A program made the translations under genes and the position numbers. From a bacterium (GTDB lineage Bacteria; Patescibacteriota; Minisyncoccia; Phycocordibacterales; UBA9973): a stretch of 64,000 nucleotides of DNA. The stretch is taken from positions 25,380-89,379 of the forward strand of contig JBBCGN010000001.1 in assembly GCA_037200905.1 (NCBI GenBank), read 5' to 3'. This document shows positions 11,713-24,492 of this stretch, in pieces (the first letter of the stretch is position 1; each line of letters begins with the position of its first letter). The notes beneath the pieces were generated by a model. It was not told where the DNA came from and ran no database searches. It worked only from the letters and a program-made list of their open reading frames with translations.

Positions 11713-12774
11713 TTATTCGCGTAGAGACTTTACGCTCTCGATGTCGTTCGTCAATTCCATGATGAACACGGCCACGGGGATGGAAAGGACCATGCCCCAG
11801 AAGCCGCCGAGCTCGAAGCCGATGAGCACCGAGAGGATGACCACGAGCGGCGTGAGCCCCACCACGCGCTTGATGATGAGCGGCGTGAAGAGGAAGGTCT
11901 CGAACTGGTGGACGATGAGGTACGAGCCCGCCACGATGAGGGCCATGGAGATGCCCCCAGAGGAGATACGAGAACGCGATAGCGGGGAAAGACCGCGATG
12001 ATCACGCCGTACGGCACGAGCTGCATGATGCCGGCGATGATGGCCAAGAGGAGCGCGTATTGGATGCCGATGAGCGACAATATCAGATACAGCAGCACGG
12101 CGATGATGAGACTGATCAGCATCTGGCCCTTGACCCACAAGGCTATTTTCTTGCGCGAGCGCTCCCACAGGTCGACGGCGTAATTCTCGTATTTTATCGG
12201 CAGGATGATGCGCAGGAAATTCTCGATACCCTTCTCCTGCACGGGAAAGATAGAACGAGATGATGACGATGAGCACGACGTTGAAGAAGTTCCCGAAGGC
12301 CGCGGAAAGAGTCTGGAAGAATCCGCCGGAGAGGTTCGTGATGAAGGCTTTGGACGTGTCGAGAAGCGTGGTGAGAGACAGGCTGTGCGAGAGGTTGTTG
12401 ATGATGTCTTTCGCCCCCGAGAACGCGTCGTTCTGGAAGTAATTGATGATGGAAGAATTCGGTATATAGGTAGAGAGGAATGTCGAGAAATTGTACACCT
12501 CGGTGATGAGGAGCGGCGCGAAGAGGTAGAACACGCCGGCGAGCGCGAGAATCGAAAGCACATAGAGGATGACGATGCCGAGACCCGTCCGATGCCGAAG
12601 CGCTTCCAGAACGGCACGGTGGATTCGACGAATGATGCGAGGACGATGGACGTGAGCACGATGAGCATCAGGTCCCGCAAGTACCAGACGAGGAAGAAGC
12701 CGAGCGCCACGAGGGAAGACGCGGATGATGGAACCGGTAGATATCGAAATGCGAGTCACTGAATTCTTCTCCAT
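11713..12774 (-). CDS. AI-2E family transporter (frameshifted)
   Basis: Multi-TM; WVKGQ, VPYG, LTPLVVILSVLIGFELGGFWGMVLSIP. Confidence 0.85.
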   Translation of the reverse strand: MEKNSVTRISISTGSIIRVFPRGARLLPRLVLAGPDAHRAHVHRPRIIRRIHRAVLEALRHRTGLGIVILYVLSILALAGVFYLFAPLLITEVYNFSTFLSTYIPNSSIINYFQNDAFSGAKDIINNLSHSLSLTTLLDTSKAFITNLSGGFFQTLSAAFGNFFNVVLIVIISFYLSRAGEGYREFPAHHPADKIRELRRRPVGALAQENSLVGQGPDADQSHHRRAAVSDIVAHRHPIRAPLGHHRRHHAARAVRRDHRGLSPLSRSRISSGGISMALIVAGSYLIVHQFETFLFTPLIIKRVVGLTPLVVILSVLIGFELGGFWGMVLSIPVAVFIMELTNDIESVKSLRE

Positions 12775-12816
12775 GAAAACATCATACCACAGGAGCCTGC
12801 GAATACGAGAACTGTC

Positions 12817-14087
12817 CTAGAACGTGAGGATTTTTGAGAACTTCGCCTTATCCTTGAACGGCCCGATCAGGGCGAGGTTGAGGTTCTTATCAGTGAAAAT
12901 CTTCCTGGCCATGGCCTGTATCTCGGCCGCGGTGACCTTGCGGATTTCCTTTGCCTTGTCCTCGATGTTCTTCAGCTCGCGCTTCAGGAGCTCCTGCCCG
13001 CCGTAGAAATTGGCGATATCGTCGCTCGACTCGAGCGAGAGCTTGGTGTTGCCGATGAGGCATTCCCTTCACCTTTTCGAGCTCGTCTTCGCTGATTTTT
13101 TTATCCTTGAGCTTTTTGCATTCGAGAAGCACGGCCTTAATGACTTCATTGATGCGCTTGTTGTCCCACGCCGGCCGCCACCTCGAAGAAGCCGTGGTCG
13201 GTGTAGGCGTCGTTATACGCGCGGACATAATACCCTACGCCCATCTCCTCGCGAAGCTTTTGGAAGAGGCGCGAGCTCATGCCGCCGCCGAGGACGCCGC
13301 CGAGCACCGAGAGCACGGCATTGTTCTTGCTGAAAAGATCATAGGTGCGCATAGCAAGGACGAAATGCGTCTGGTCGGTCTTCTTGTATTTCACCATCAC
13401 CTCTGGCTTTGACTGATGTTCTTTGACTTTCAGCTTTGAGAGTTTCGTGCCCCGAGAAACAGTGCCGAAAACTTTTGTAGCTTCCTTGAGAACTTCTTTT
13501 TCTGTCACCTGCCCTGCTACGACAATGACGGTGGCTTCCGGCAGATAATGGTTCTTCTTGTAGCTGGTGAAATTGTCCCGCTTCATGGCGAGGATGTTCT
13601 TGCGCTCTCCGGCGATGTTCCATCCTGCCGGCTGATCGCCATAGAGGAGTTCCATGATCAGATCCTGCACGTGCCTGTTCGGCATATCCTCGTACATGTT
13701 GATCTCCTCGATGATGACGCCTTTCTCTTTTTCTATTTCCGCATCGGGAAACGTCGAGTTCAGATAGATGTCGGAAACGATGTCAAAGATCTTCTTGAAA
13801 TGGCGGGCATCGCTCTTGGCATAGTAACCCGTATATTCCTGCGCGGTAAAAGCATTGTACTGGCTGCCGAGGGCGTCGAGCTCCTTGGAGATATCGATGG
13901 CCTTCGGGCGCCTGACGGTGCCCTTGAAGCACATGTGCTCGAGAAAATGCGACAGGCCGTTCTCGGCCTTTGTCTCGTATTTGGAGCCCGCTTCGACGAG
14001 CACGAGCACGGTCGCAGTCGGATTGTCCTTCATCGGCACGGTGACGACCCGCAGGCCGTTCTTCAAAACTTTCTTGGAAAACTTCAT
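12817..14087 (-). CDS. M16 family zinc peptidase (frameshifted near the C-terminus)
   Basis: HFLEH inverted zinc motif, NAFT, GGGMSSRLFQKLRE. Confidence 0.93.
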
Positions 14088-14088
14088 C

Positions 14089-15443
14089 TTATATTTTTTC
14101 TCTTATGTATTTTATTAAATCAGCGACCTGTATCCTCTCTTGAGTCCCGGTTATCGCGGTCGCGCACGGTAACCGTATCTTTATTTTCCGGATTCTCTTC
14201 GCCGAGCGGTATCGAAATCTACGACGATGCACCACGGCGTGCCGATCTCGTCCTGCCTGCGGTTAGCGCTTGCCGATGTTTGCCGTTATCGTCCCAGGCC
14301 ACGCGGCCCGAATTCCTTCTTGAGCGGTTTCGAAAACTTTCTTCTCGGCATACTCCACGAGCTCTGGCTTGTTTTTCAGCAATGGCGACAACCGCGCAGA
14401 TGACCGGCGCGATGGAGGGCTTCAGCTTCAGATATTCGCGCACGTCCCCGTCCTTCTCATCTTCAGCGTACGCGGAAACCAAGAGAGCGAGGAACGCCCT
14501 GTCGAGGCCCGAATGACGGCTCGATGACGTGCGGCACTATTTTTTTCGCATTCTCTTCATCGACATATTCGAGCTTGTGCGTATTCAAATCATAATCAGT
14601 ACGATACGCGAGGCCGAACAATTCCTTGCGGCCGAACGGATAATCGAACTCAAGATCGATTGTTTTCTTGGAATAAAACGCCCTGTCTTCATCGGGCACG
14701 ATGAGCTCGTGCACTTTTGTAGCATCGATACCTATCTCCTCGATCCAGGAGAGCATATCGCTCCTCCATGCATCAAAAGATTTTTCCCAATCATCCGGCC
14801 GGACAAAGTATTCTATTTCCATCTGCTCGAATTCTCGCTGTCTGAACAAAAAATCGCGCGGAGTTATTTCATTTCTGAACGCTTTGCCTATCTGGGCCAT
14901 GCCGAAAGGTAATTTAGGATGAAAAGCATCAACAGTATTCTTGAAATTCACGAACATGCCCTGTGCCGTCTCGGGGCGGAGATATGAGATGGCCGACGAG
15001 TCGTCCGATGCCCCCACTTTGGTCTGGAACATCATATTGAATTGTTTCGGTGCTCCAAGTACTTCCCCGTCATGAGGGCACAAAGGCATGTTACCGAGCA
15101 TTTTAAATCCGTCCAACTGATCTGCTCTGAATTTTGATCTGCATTTAGGACACTCTACCATCGGATCGGCAAAGTTTGCGACATGTCCTGTCGCTTGCCA
15201 GACTTCTTGCCGCATCAGGATGGCGGCATCCATGCCGTACATGTCGCGGCGCGAATCCACGAATTTCTTCCACCAGGACTGCTTGATATTGTTCTTGAGC
15301 GCGACGCCGAGATGCCCGTAGTCAAAAGTACCCGCCAGTCCCCCGTAGATTTCCGAGCCTTGAAAGGCGAAACCGCGCCTCTTGCACAGAGACACGATCT
15401 TTTCCATCAGCATATCGGTTTTTGTAGTTTGCTTGTCAGCCAT
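14089..15443 (-). CDS. glyQS: Glycine--tRNA ligase, homodimeric type (frameshifted)
   Basis: LCKRRGF, YGGLAG, LRPETAQG, FRNEITPR, REFEQMEIEYF, HVIEPSFG. Confidence 0.95.
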
Positions 15444-15455
15444 AGCCAGAAGTCA

Positions 15456-17379
15456 TTACTGCTCTACCACCCTGCCTCCGCCGAGCGGGAACGTCGGATC
15501 GTTCGAAAGCTGCGAGCTCAAGGCGTTCCTGCTCACTCGTACGTTCACCTTAGCAAAATCGTCAAAGCCAGTCAAAACGGCATCATTGATGATGGACGGC
15601 GCGCTGTTGAGCTGCGAGAGCGAAGGCAGGAGCGCGACCTGGAAAGAAACCTCCTTGCCGCTCGCGCCGGCTCCGACATTCTTCGGTATGCTGCCGATGT
15701 TCCATGTTATCTGCTTGGTGCCCGCATCGTACTTGAGGTCCTCGCTCGCCGGCGAAGTGGTGCCGACGAAACGCACCCATGGCGGCAGCGACGAAGTCAC
15801 CCTTGCCTGGGAGATGCTGTTGGTGGTGTTGGAAAGGCTCCAGACGACGGTATAGGTCGTCTCTTTTTCCGCGACCGGCGGGTATCGGGCCGGTATTCTT
15901 GAAGGGTCCGCTATAATAGAGGGCTTTGGTAGCAAGGCCGAGACTGGACGTGATGCGGACGATCTGCGAATCGGTGCTGTTGACCTCTTTGACGGCATTG
16001 CCCTCGAGCGGCTGCTTGCCGGTGATTGAGATCTCGATATTGATGGCCGGATCGGTCAGCATGTCGACGGAAGCGAGCGGAGAGAATCGGAAGACGAGCG
16101 AGCCGGAAGCGCCGGGGTCGATCTGCGCGAACTGGTTCCGGAAGTTCTTGTCCCAGATGATGGCATTGTCCACGGAGTTATAGAACCCCCCGTTCGCGTC
16201 GATGGACTTCCTGTCCAGAGCGTTGCCGGTGATGGTGGCGCGGACCTGGACGTCGTTGACCGGCGTGTCGAGATTGTTCACCCAGCGGATCTCCCCCGTG
16301 ATCAGCGTGCGGGTATCGCTGGCGTATTCTTTCTGATAGACGCCGTTCACGTACAGCTTTGCCTCGATGAAGGGCTTCTTGATGGCGACGACATGCTCGA
16401 TGGCGTTGAAGACCACTCCGACGACCGATTTGTCGGCGCTCGACTGCGAGCCGCTCGTCACGTGAAAGGTCTTTTCTTCCCCGTCGAAGACGTCTATCAT
16501 CTTGCCGGTGATGGTGATGGTCCGATCCGCGCCCGGCGCGAGCGTGCCGAGATCCCAGACGTCGTCGTCGTACGTCGGCTTGGGAGTGGCGGACTCGAAT
16601 TGGAAGCCGAACGGATAATCGAGCTTCATGAGGATGCCGTCCATGGGCTTGGTGGCATTGAGCACTTCCTTGACGCTGAAGGTGAGCTCCTGATTCGGAC
16701 TGATTTCCGCCGGCGCGTCCATGGAGAGGCTGATCGGCGAAGAATTGATGGAGACGTCGTAGGGCTTTTCCTTGACGAAGATGGCGTTCGAGCCGGCTAC
16801 GCGGTATTCGACGGAAATCTTGATCTCGCGGGTGCTGCCCTGCTCGCCGTAGAGCACCACTTTCAGGCTGTCGTTCTTGGTGGCGCCGGCGGCGATGGTG
16901 CCGAGGGACTCGCGGAAGCGCTCGGTATCCTTCGTAGCATCGCTCGAACCGCCTTTCGGATACTCGACGACGAGGTCGACGAGCTCGAGCGGCGAGCTGT
17001 TCCTGTTCGTGACGCCGATGACGAGCGGGAACTCTTCCCCGCCGGTGGCAAAGGCGTTGCCCACCACCGAGATGTCGATATTGTCGTTCGAGACGGTATT
17101 GCCGCCCGCGAAATACATGTAGGCGGCATAGCCGAGGGCCAGGACGAAGAAGATGATGGAGAATATGAAAAACTTCCTATATGCGGATTTCTTGGCGACA
17201 TACTGGGCCCGTCCGGCCGTGCCCGCGCCCTTTCCGGCCCAGGCGTCGGGTACGCTCTTTTTTTGCAGGGAGAAATCGTCCAAGCCCTTGGTCTCGGCAT
17301 GGTAATTCTTGGTGAAGAGTTTGTTCTTGAGTTCCTCGATCCTGTTCAGTTTGTCCTGATCGCTTTCATGGGGCGGCAT
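15456..17379 (-). CDS. Large membrane-anchored protein with tandem beta-sandwich (DUF11-like) domains (frameshift near 15890)
   Basis: Single TM near N-terminus; repeated WDLGTL/WNIGSI-type motifs. Confidence 0.75.
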
Positions 17380-17398
17380 GAAATAATTGTACCATAAA

Positions 17399-17989
17399 TC
17401 AGAGATGAGTTTTCCTTGAGGGTTTTGTTGATCAGAGAGAGCACGGATACTCTCTGCTTGGAGACTTCCTGCATGAGGGCCATCTCGAGCGGCGAGCGGA
17501 TGAGGTTCATGAGCGTCTCGTTGCCGCCGATGTAGCCCAAGTTGCTCAAGATGCGGAGCACGATGACCGCTTCGACATTGGCGAGCTCTTCCTTGGCGGG
17601 GTGACAGTCTGGAGGATGGAAAGGCCCTGCATGACGTCTTCGAAGAGCGCCGGATTCGCCTCCTCACCGGCGAGCAGGCGCTTGAGGAGGCGAGTAATAT
17701 TCGAGAGCGCGGAAAAAGTATTAGTATTGCGCGCGAGATTTTCGAGTATGGCGGTCTTCGAAGCGCTCGTCACCCGCCAGAAATCCTTGCCCTGCACGAA
17801 GTCTATCTTCACGTACGAGAAATCCTGCAGTATATAGCGCAATTTCGACGACATCTTGCGCACGCCCTGCGCCGAAGCGATGAGCAGGCCCAGGTCGCGG
17901 GTGAAAAAGTGATAATATTTGCCCGATTCGCCGCTATTGCGGCTGGAGAGTATCAGTCCTTCGGTGTGGTGAATCTGGTGCATGTGCAC
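17399..17989 (-). CDS. recO: DNA repair protein RecO-like (frameshifted)
   Basis: TEGLILSSRNSGE...FTRDLG...AQGVRK..SKLR N-terminal OB fold. Confidence 0.75.
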
Positions 17990-18592
17990 CTATTGTAACA
18001 CGCTCTCTACGGCGCCGATCAGTTCTCTCGGATCTTCAATGATAGCTGCAGGATCGCCTTTTTCCAGGCTTTCCCTGCCGTGCTGACCCCAGAGCACTCC
18101 GATCGATGGCACTCCGCAATCGCTCGCTTCGCGCATATCGCCGAGCGTATCCGTGATGAATACCGTGTTTTCAGGCATAATGGCATGCATTTCCAGAAGC
18201 TTTTTTATCTTAACTACCTTACTCTTGGCGATATCGGCACCCATAATATCGCTGAAGCATTCCCGCACCCCTTCTTTTGCCAAAAATGCGTCGATATATC
18301 TGCTCGGCGTCGAAGAGACGATAGCGAGATATATTTTCTGCGACAGAAATCGCACGGATTCGCGCAGTATTTCCTGAATGCTCATGGTAACGAGGTTTGC
18401 ATTGTACTTTTCGCCGAAATTTTCAGGTACGACATACCCCGCATCAAGTTCTTTTTGCAGTCCTTCATGAAAATTTCCGTTAGCCCATGAATCAAAACGT
18501 TCACGAGAAAGGTCGGGATTCAATTCCGTATGAATGTTATAGCTTCCGTCGAGCGTGTTCACCAGCACGCCGTCGAAATCGAACATCACCAA
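17990..18592 (-). CDS. HAD family hydrolase
   Basis: FDFDGVLVNT motif I, FITDTLGD motif IV. Confidence 0.9.
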   Translation of the reverse strand: MVMFDFDGVLVNTLDGSYNIHTELNPDLSRERFDSWANGNFHEGLQKELDAGYVVPENFGEKYNANLVTMSIQEILRESVRFLSQKIYLAIVSSTPSRYIDAFLAKEGVRECFSDIMGADIAKSKVVKIKKLLEMHAIMPENTVFITDTLGDMREASDCGVPSIGVLWGQHGRESLEKGDPAAIIEDPRELIGAVESVLQ

Positions 18593-19033
18593 TTTTTTAG
18601 GCTGATCGTTATTTTTTTAGATTCGTATTCATCGAGATATGCTTTGGCTTGTTTCAATACTTCCTTGTTATTGTCATAGGTCAACGCAGCAAAAGCTTCA
18701 TCATATGAAGCCCATTTATATGCTTTGATTTCCTCCTCTTGTATTTTAACTGCATCACTCGATGCAAAACCGACACAATACTGCACTATCTTGTGAAAGA
18801 TTTTTCCCTCTCCCCAATCAAATGTGTACTCTTCAAGAATCGGCGGCACATCTATAAAACGGCAACGTGTGATTCCTGTCTCTTCTTCAAGCTCACGGAT
18901 AACAGTTTCCATTGCCGTTTCTCCGCCTTCATGCGTGACCCTTCGGAAAACCCCAGTGTCCTGCAGTCTGCTGTATGATCAGGAATTTATTTTCAAATAC
19001 CACTATTGCGCCGAATGATCTGTCTTCCGTCAT
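18586..19033 (-). CDS. NUDIX hydrolase (frameshifted)
   Basis: GHWGFPKG...ETAMETVIRELEEETG Nudix box. Confidence 0.85.
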
Positions 19034-22000
19034 TTTAGCAATGTTACTTTAAAGATCAAATCGCCAATCTTGATTTCTGCGCTATTATTCTCTTCGAAAG
19101 ATATTTTTTTCGCTCCGACAGTCTTCAAGAAATCCGATTCGAACTTCTTCACCAGTTTTTCTCCTTCTGTGTCAGTTCCGATAGTCAAAGCAATGGCATC
19201 GTTCGGCTGCAGACCTTCTTTCTTGCGCAGATCTGCACGGCGCGGACCAGTTCGCGATAATTCCCTTCTTGTTTCAGCTCGGGAGTGATGTTGAGATCTA
19301 GCCGTACAATGCCTTCTGTCGGTTGCTCATACGTTTCAAAATCTGGCTCAACTTTTTTTTACATTTACTTCATCTTTAATAATCTCTACAAGTTCTGGCA
19401 TATGAGGGATATCACTTGATTGATATTTAACTTTCAATACTGAGAGAGGCTGTCTAACCTTTATATTCTTTTCTTGCCTTAACTTTAGGGCTTCTGAAAC
19501 AATATCGCGAACATGTCTCATAGTTTCAATTGAAGCAGTATCTATTGGGAGAAACTAGCAATGGCCAATCAGTGAGATGCACGCTTTCGACATCCGTTTC
19601 CGTGCGGAGCCTGGTCCATATATCCTCGGCCGAGAACGGCGCGAGCGGCGCCATGAGCTTTGCCAGATTTTTCAGCACGAAATAGAGCGTCTGCTTCGCT
19701 TCCACATCCCCTTCCTTGATGCGCTCGCGAGGAGCGACGCAAGTACCAGGTGGAAAGGTCATCGATAAATTCGCGGATGGCGCGGGTCGGCTCGAGCAGC
19801 TTGAAATTGTCGAGATGCGTCGTCGAAAGCTCGATCAATTGGTTCAACCTCGCTACGATCCATTTGTCGAGAACATTTTTGAGGATATGTCATTCGTCTC
19901 CAATTCCTTGTCTCTGTATAATTCATAAAATGCCAGTACGTTGTACAGGAGATTGAAGACCTTGTTGTGAAGCTCGGCCACGGTCTTCTCGTCAAAATTC
20001 TTCGATTCACCCGGCTGGTTGACCGAGGTACATCCACATGCGGAGGGTGTCCACACCGTATGTATCCATCATGAGCCACGGATCGATGACATTGCCGAGA
20101 GACTTCGACATCTTCTTGCCGTCGCGGTCGAGCAAGTGCCCGAGGCAGATGACGTTTTTGTACGCCTTGCCGCGGCCCATGAGCACGCCGACGGCATGGA
20201 GCGTATAGAACCAGCCGCGAGTCTGGTCGATGGCTTCCGAGATGAAGTCCGCCGGATAGCCCGCGCCTTCCACCCAGTCCTTGTTCTCGAACGGATAATG
20301 ATCCTGCGCGAACGGCATAGCGCCCGAGTCGAACCACACGTCCATGACTTCCTTGACGCGAGCCATGGCTTGCCCGTTCTCGTCTACCAGATCCACATGG
20401 TCGATGTACGGACGATGCAGGTCGAGCTCCCAGTTGTCATTGTGAGGGAACGGCACATACGGCGCTTCGCGGATATCAGCGTTCTCGAAATAGTGGAAAT
20501 CCTTCTTATCGCGCACCATCTCGAGAGAGCGTTCGGCGTCGTAGCCGTGCGTGCCGGCCAAGAGGAGCCAGGCCGGGCCGCCGTGCGTCACGATCAGGAT
20601 ATTCTTCCCCTGCCATTTTATCTCCACATCATGGATGAAGTTCATCATCCAGTTCTTTACCGTGTTATATGATTCTCCGCCTTCGGGCGCGCGGTCGAAA
20701 TTCTCGGCCGTCTTCGGGAAATCTTCATGGAATTTGTGCCACGTGCCGCCGTTGTATACGCCGATATCCACTTCGCGCAAGCGCTCGTCGAAGAGCAGGG
20801 CTTCGGCGGGCAGACCCAGGCCGTCGTGTATGATTTGCGCCGTCTCGGTGGTGCGCACGAACGGCGAAGAGATGATGAGATCGATACCGGCTTCCTTGAG
20901 CTTCGGCACTTGCGCGACTACTTGTTCCTTTCCTTTTTCAGTCAGGTGTACCGGCGCTTTCGGGTCGGCGCTCGCAATGCCTTTCAAGTTGTGCTCGGCC
21001 TCGCCATGGCGCATGACGAAATACTTGTTGCCGGACTTCTTGGCGTACTTCTTCAGCGTCGCCAGCGAATCGACGACGACCCTCTTCTTGTCGGCGGTTT
21101 CCCAGACCGGCAGCGGGGTGCCCCAATAGCGCTCGCGGGAGATAGCCCAGTCCTTGATGTCCTTCAGCCATTCGCCGAAGCGGCCGTCGCGGATATGCGA
21201 CGGTTCCCAATTTATTTCCTGATTCTGTGCTATCAGCTGTTCTTTTATCACCGGACTCGACATGCGGATATACCAGGAATCGCGGGCATAGTAGATGAGG
21301 GCGGTCTTGCAGCGCCAGCAGTGCGGATACGAGTGCTCGTATTTCTCTTTCTTGAAGAGCAGGCCTCTGTGCGCCAGATCCTTAATGATGTCCACGGCCA
21401 CTTCCTCGTCTTTCACGAAGCGGCCCTCGAGGAAACCCGTGCCTTTGACGAAATGTCCGGCTTCGTCGACGAGATGATGCTTCGGCAAGCCGATCTTGGT
21501 GCCGAGCACGAAGTCGTCCTGTCCGTACATCACGGCCGTGTGCACCACGCCGGTACCGTCTTCCGTGGTCACGAAATCCGCATCATAGACCTTGAAGGCT
21601 TTTGCCAAAGCTTCTTTCTGCGATTCCGGCACCTGTTCCTGCATGAATGGATACAGGGGTTCGTATTCGAGGCCGAGCAGATCTCTGCCGTATATTGTTT
21701 CCAGTTCTTCGTATTCGCCTTCAACGATACCGAGGCGCGCTTTGGCAAGAATCAAGATCTGTTCTTCTTTTTTTATCTTTACGTATTCTATTTTTTCTCC
21801 CACAGCGAGAGCGACATTACCCGGCAACGTCCACGGCGTCGTCGTCCAAGCCAGAATATAAGTATCTTCTTGGCCTTTCACCTTGAACTTCGCCGTCACC
21901 GACAAATCTTTGTCTATCTGGTACCCTTGCGCCAGCTCGTGCGAGGACAGCGCCGTACCGTCGCGCGGGCACCATGGCACCACGCGGTAATCCTTGTAGA

Positions 22001-22583
22001 GCAAGCCCTGCTCGTCCACCTTTTTCAATATGCTCCAGACGGATTCGATGTATTCGTTCTTGTACGTGATGTACGGATGCTTCTCGTCCACCCAGTAGCC
22101 CATGCGGCGGGTGAACTTGCTCCACATGTCCACGTATTCCCAGACGCTCTCGCGGCATTTCTGGTTGAACTCGGCGATGCCGTACTCGTCGATATCTTTC
22201 TTCGACTTGAAGCCGAGCGTCTTTTCCACCTGGAGCTCCACCGGCAGGCCGTGAGTGTCCCAGCCGCCTTTGCGGCGCACGTGGTAGCCGCGCATGGTGC
22301 GGTAGCGCGGAATGGCGTCCTTGAACGACCGGGCCTCCACGTGATGGATGCCCGGCTTGCCGTTCGCCGTCGGCGGGCCTTCGTAGAATATGAATTCCCC
22401 TTTCGGCGAAGGCTTCTTCAATGTCTCTTCGAATATATTGCGCTCTTTCCAGAACTCCAGGATTCGTTCTTCCTTGAGAGCCGCTTCGCTTTTTTTGTTT
22501 TCCATATTTTTTTCTTCCATATAGATTACTATATTTTGACTTCGTTCAGATGTTATATAAATAAATTTATAAACAGCCCTCAC
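19030..22583 (-). CDS. ileS: Isoleucine--tRNA ligase with inserted histidine-phosphatase domain (3' part frameshifted; true start probably near 22520)
   Basis: EGPPTANGKPGIHH, GWDTHGLP, WTTTPWTLP, DWAISRERYWG, DQTRGWF, KMSKS. Confidence 0.96.
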
Positions 22584-22597
22584 TTGTCAAAATAAAA

Positions 22598-22755
22598 TTA
22601 AAAAACTCGTCCACGTACAACAATCATTCGATTGCTATACAAGGACGAGTTTCTCTCGTGGTACCACCTTGTTTGCTTCTCATTTGCTGGGCTCTACTCG
22701 CCGGCCCCGCCGGTTTTCTTCCCGATGCTCCGAGGTGATAGCCTCTTCAACGCAT
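22598..22755 (-). ncRNA. T-box riboswitch (Ile) upstream of ileS, ultrashort stem I, with terminator
   Basis: T-box AAGGUGGUACCACG (+22657-22670); GAGG-CUAUCA-CCUC loop with AUC; AAGAA/AGUAGA stem II motifs; terminator aaactcgtcc...ggacgagtttttt. Confidence 0.85.
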
Positions 22756-22793
22756 ATGTTTATAGAATATAGAAAATGGCAGACTTTTGCAAC

Positions 22794-24492
22794 CTACATT
22801 TTCTCCGGCGTTTCGATGCCAAGGAGATAGAGGCCGTTCTTCATGGTCTCGCGGAATGCTTGCACGAGGGCCACGCGATATGGCGCGTGGATATCTTCTT
22901 TGTTCACTATCTGGGTATTGCCATAAAAAGTATTGAAGGCGCTCGCAAGTTCGATCAGATATGTAGCGACATGATGCGGCTCAAGAGTTTCATGGGTATA
23001 CACCACGATTTCCGGGAACTGATAGAGCATGTGCTCAAGCACTGTCGCCTCGCTCGGCGCTTTTGCAAAGCCGGGAACGATGCCTTCAGCCTGAGCTTTC
23101 TTCAAGATGCTTCCCGCGCGCACGGCCGTGTATTGGAGATACGGGCCGGAATCGCCTTCGAAGGAAATGGATTTCTCGAAATCGTAAATGATGTCGCCCA
23201 TGAGCGATGAGCGCAGAATGGAATATTTCACTGCCGCAACGCCGACAATCTTCGCAATGGCGTCTTTTTCTTCCTGCGACAGTTCGCGCCCTTTCACCTT
23301 TTCATGGATCAGCTCCATAGAATCGTTCAAGAGCGATTCTCCCGTGACCACATTGCCTTTTCGCGAAGACATCTTGCCCGAAGCGAACTTCATCATGCCG
23401 TGGGTAACATGCTTCATCCGTGATTCATAATCGGGATTAATGAGGGAAACGGCTTTCTGCACCACTTTCATGTATTCGCCCTGCTCGATGGCGGTGACGA
23501 TGATAGACGTGTCCGGGTTTTCTTTCTCGAATTTCGTCACCGTCAGCCCTAACTCTTTCGTCTCGTACGTCGGCAAGCCCTTGCTGGTGACAAACACTCT
23601 CGTATGAAGCTTCGGATCGTGATTTTCAGCATGAAAAACGATGGCGCCGTCCGAATCTTCAAAAACTTTAGGAGTATTCTCTTTGACGATCTCCATGCCG
23701 ATAGGAGCCATTTCTGATTCGAAGAAATAATGATTGAACTTTGTGCCGAGCAATTTATAGATCTCTTCGAAGGCGTCGAGCGTCACTTGCTTGCCCCAAT
23801 CGTAGACGGTGTTCACCTCCTCGTCGCTCTTGTCGTAGACTTTCTTGTTGATGCTGTCTATTTCTTCCTTGGCGGCAGGATCATTCTCGTAGGCATCGCT
23901 GCCGCGGGCGTACTGCTCGCCGATCCACAGCGCGGATTTTCCCGCGAACGGAACGCCGGCATGCAGGATGCCCCAGATGGCCTTGGCCACGTGCGGACCG
24001 ACATCGCCTTGATAGTTTGCACGAATTGTTTTCGCGCCGGAATATTCAAAAATACGAGCAATAGATTCACCGATAGCATTCGTCATCAAGTGGCCGATGT
24101 GAAACGGCCTTGAAAGGATTCGGGTCAGTGTACTCAACCATGATTTTCTTGCCAGCTGAAATATCGCTCTTACCCCAATCCTCCTTTTGTTTTAAAATTT
24201 CCGCAATTGCATCTGAGAAAAATTTGCGAGACATGTAGAAATTAATAAATCCAGCACCGGCGATTTCTACTTTCTCTATCTCTGCTGGCAGTCTACTATC
24301 TAACTGTTCTTTTAGCTTTCCTGCGAGTTCTTTCGGGTTTGTCTTTAAATTCTTCGCGAGCGCCAATGCGACATTTGTAGAATAATCGCCGTTCTGTAAT
24401 TCTTCCGGATGTTCCACGATAAAATCGCCCTCTTCTATGCCGAGGTTTAAGAGCGCTGTTTTTATGAGAGCTATGATTGCGTCTTTAGTCAT
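22794..24492 (-). CDS. argS: Arginine--tRNA ligase (frameshift near 24110)
   Basis: GDYSTNVA, GAGFINF, EYTDPNP..FHIGH, KMSSRKG, GDSGPYLQY. Confidence 0.95.

Noticed and set aside
20727-22595. 622-aa plus-strand ORF
   Set aside because: Antisense shadow of ileS caused by GC3-biased codon usage
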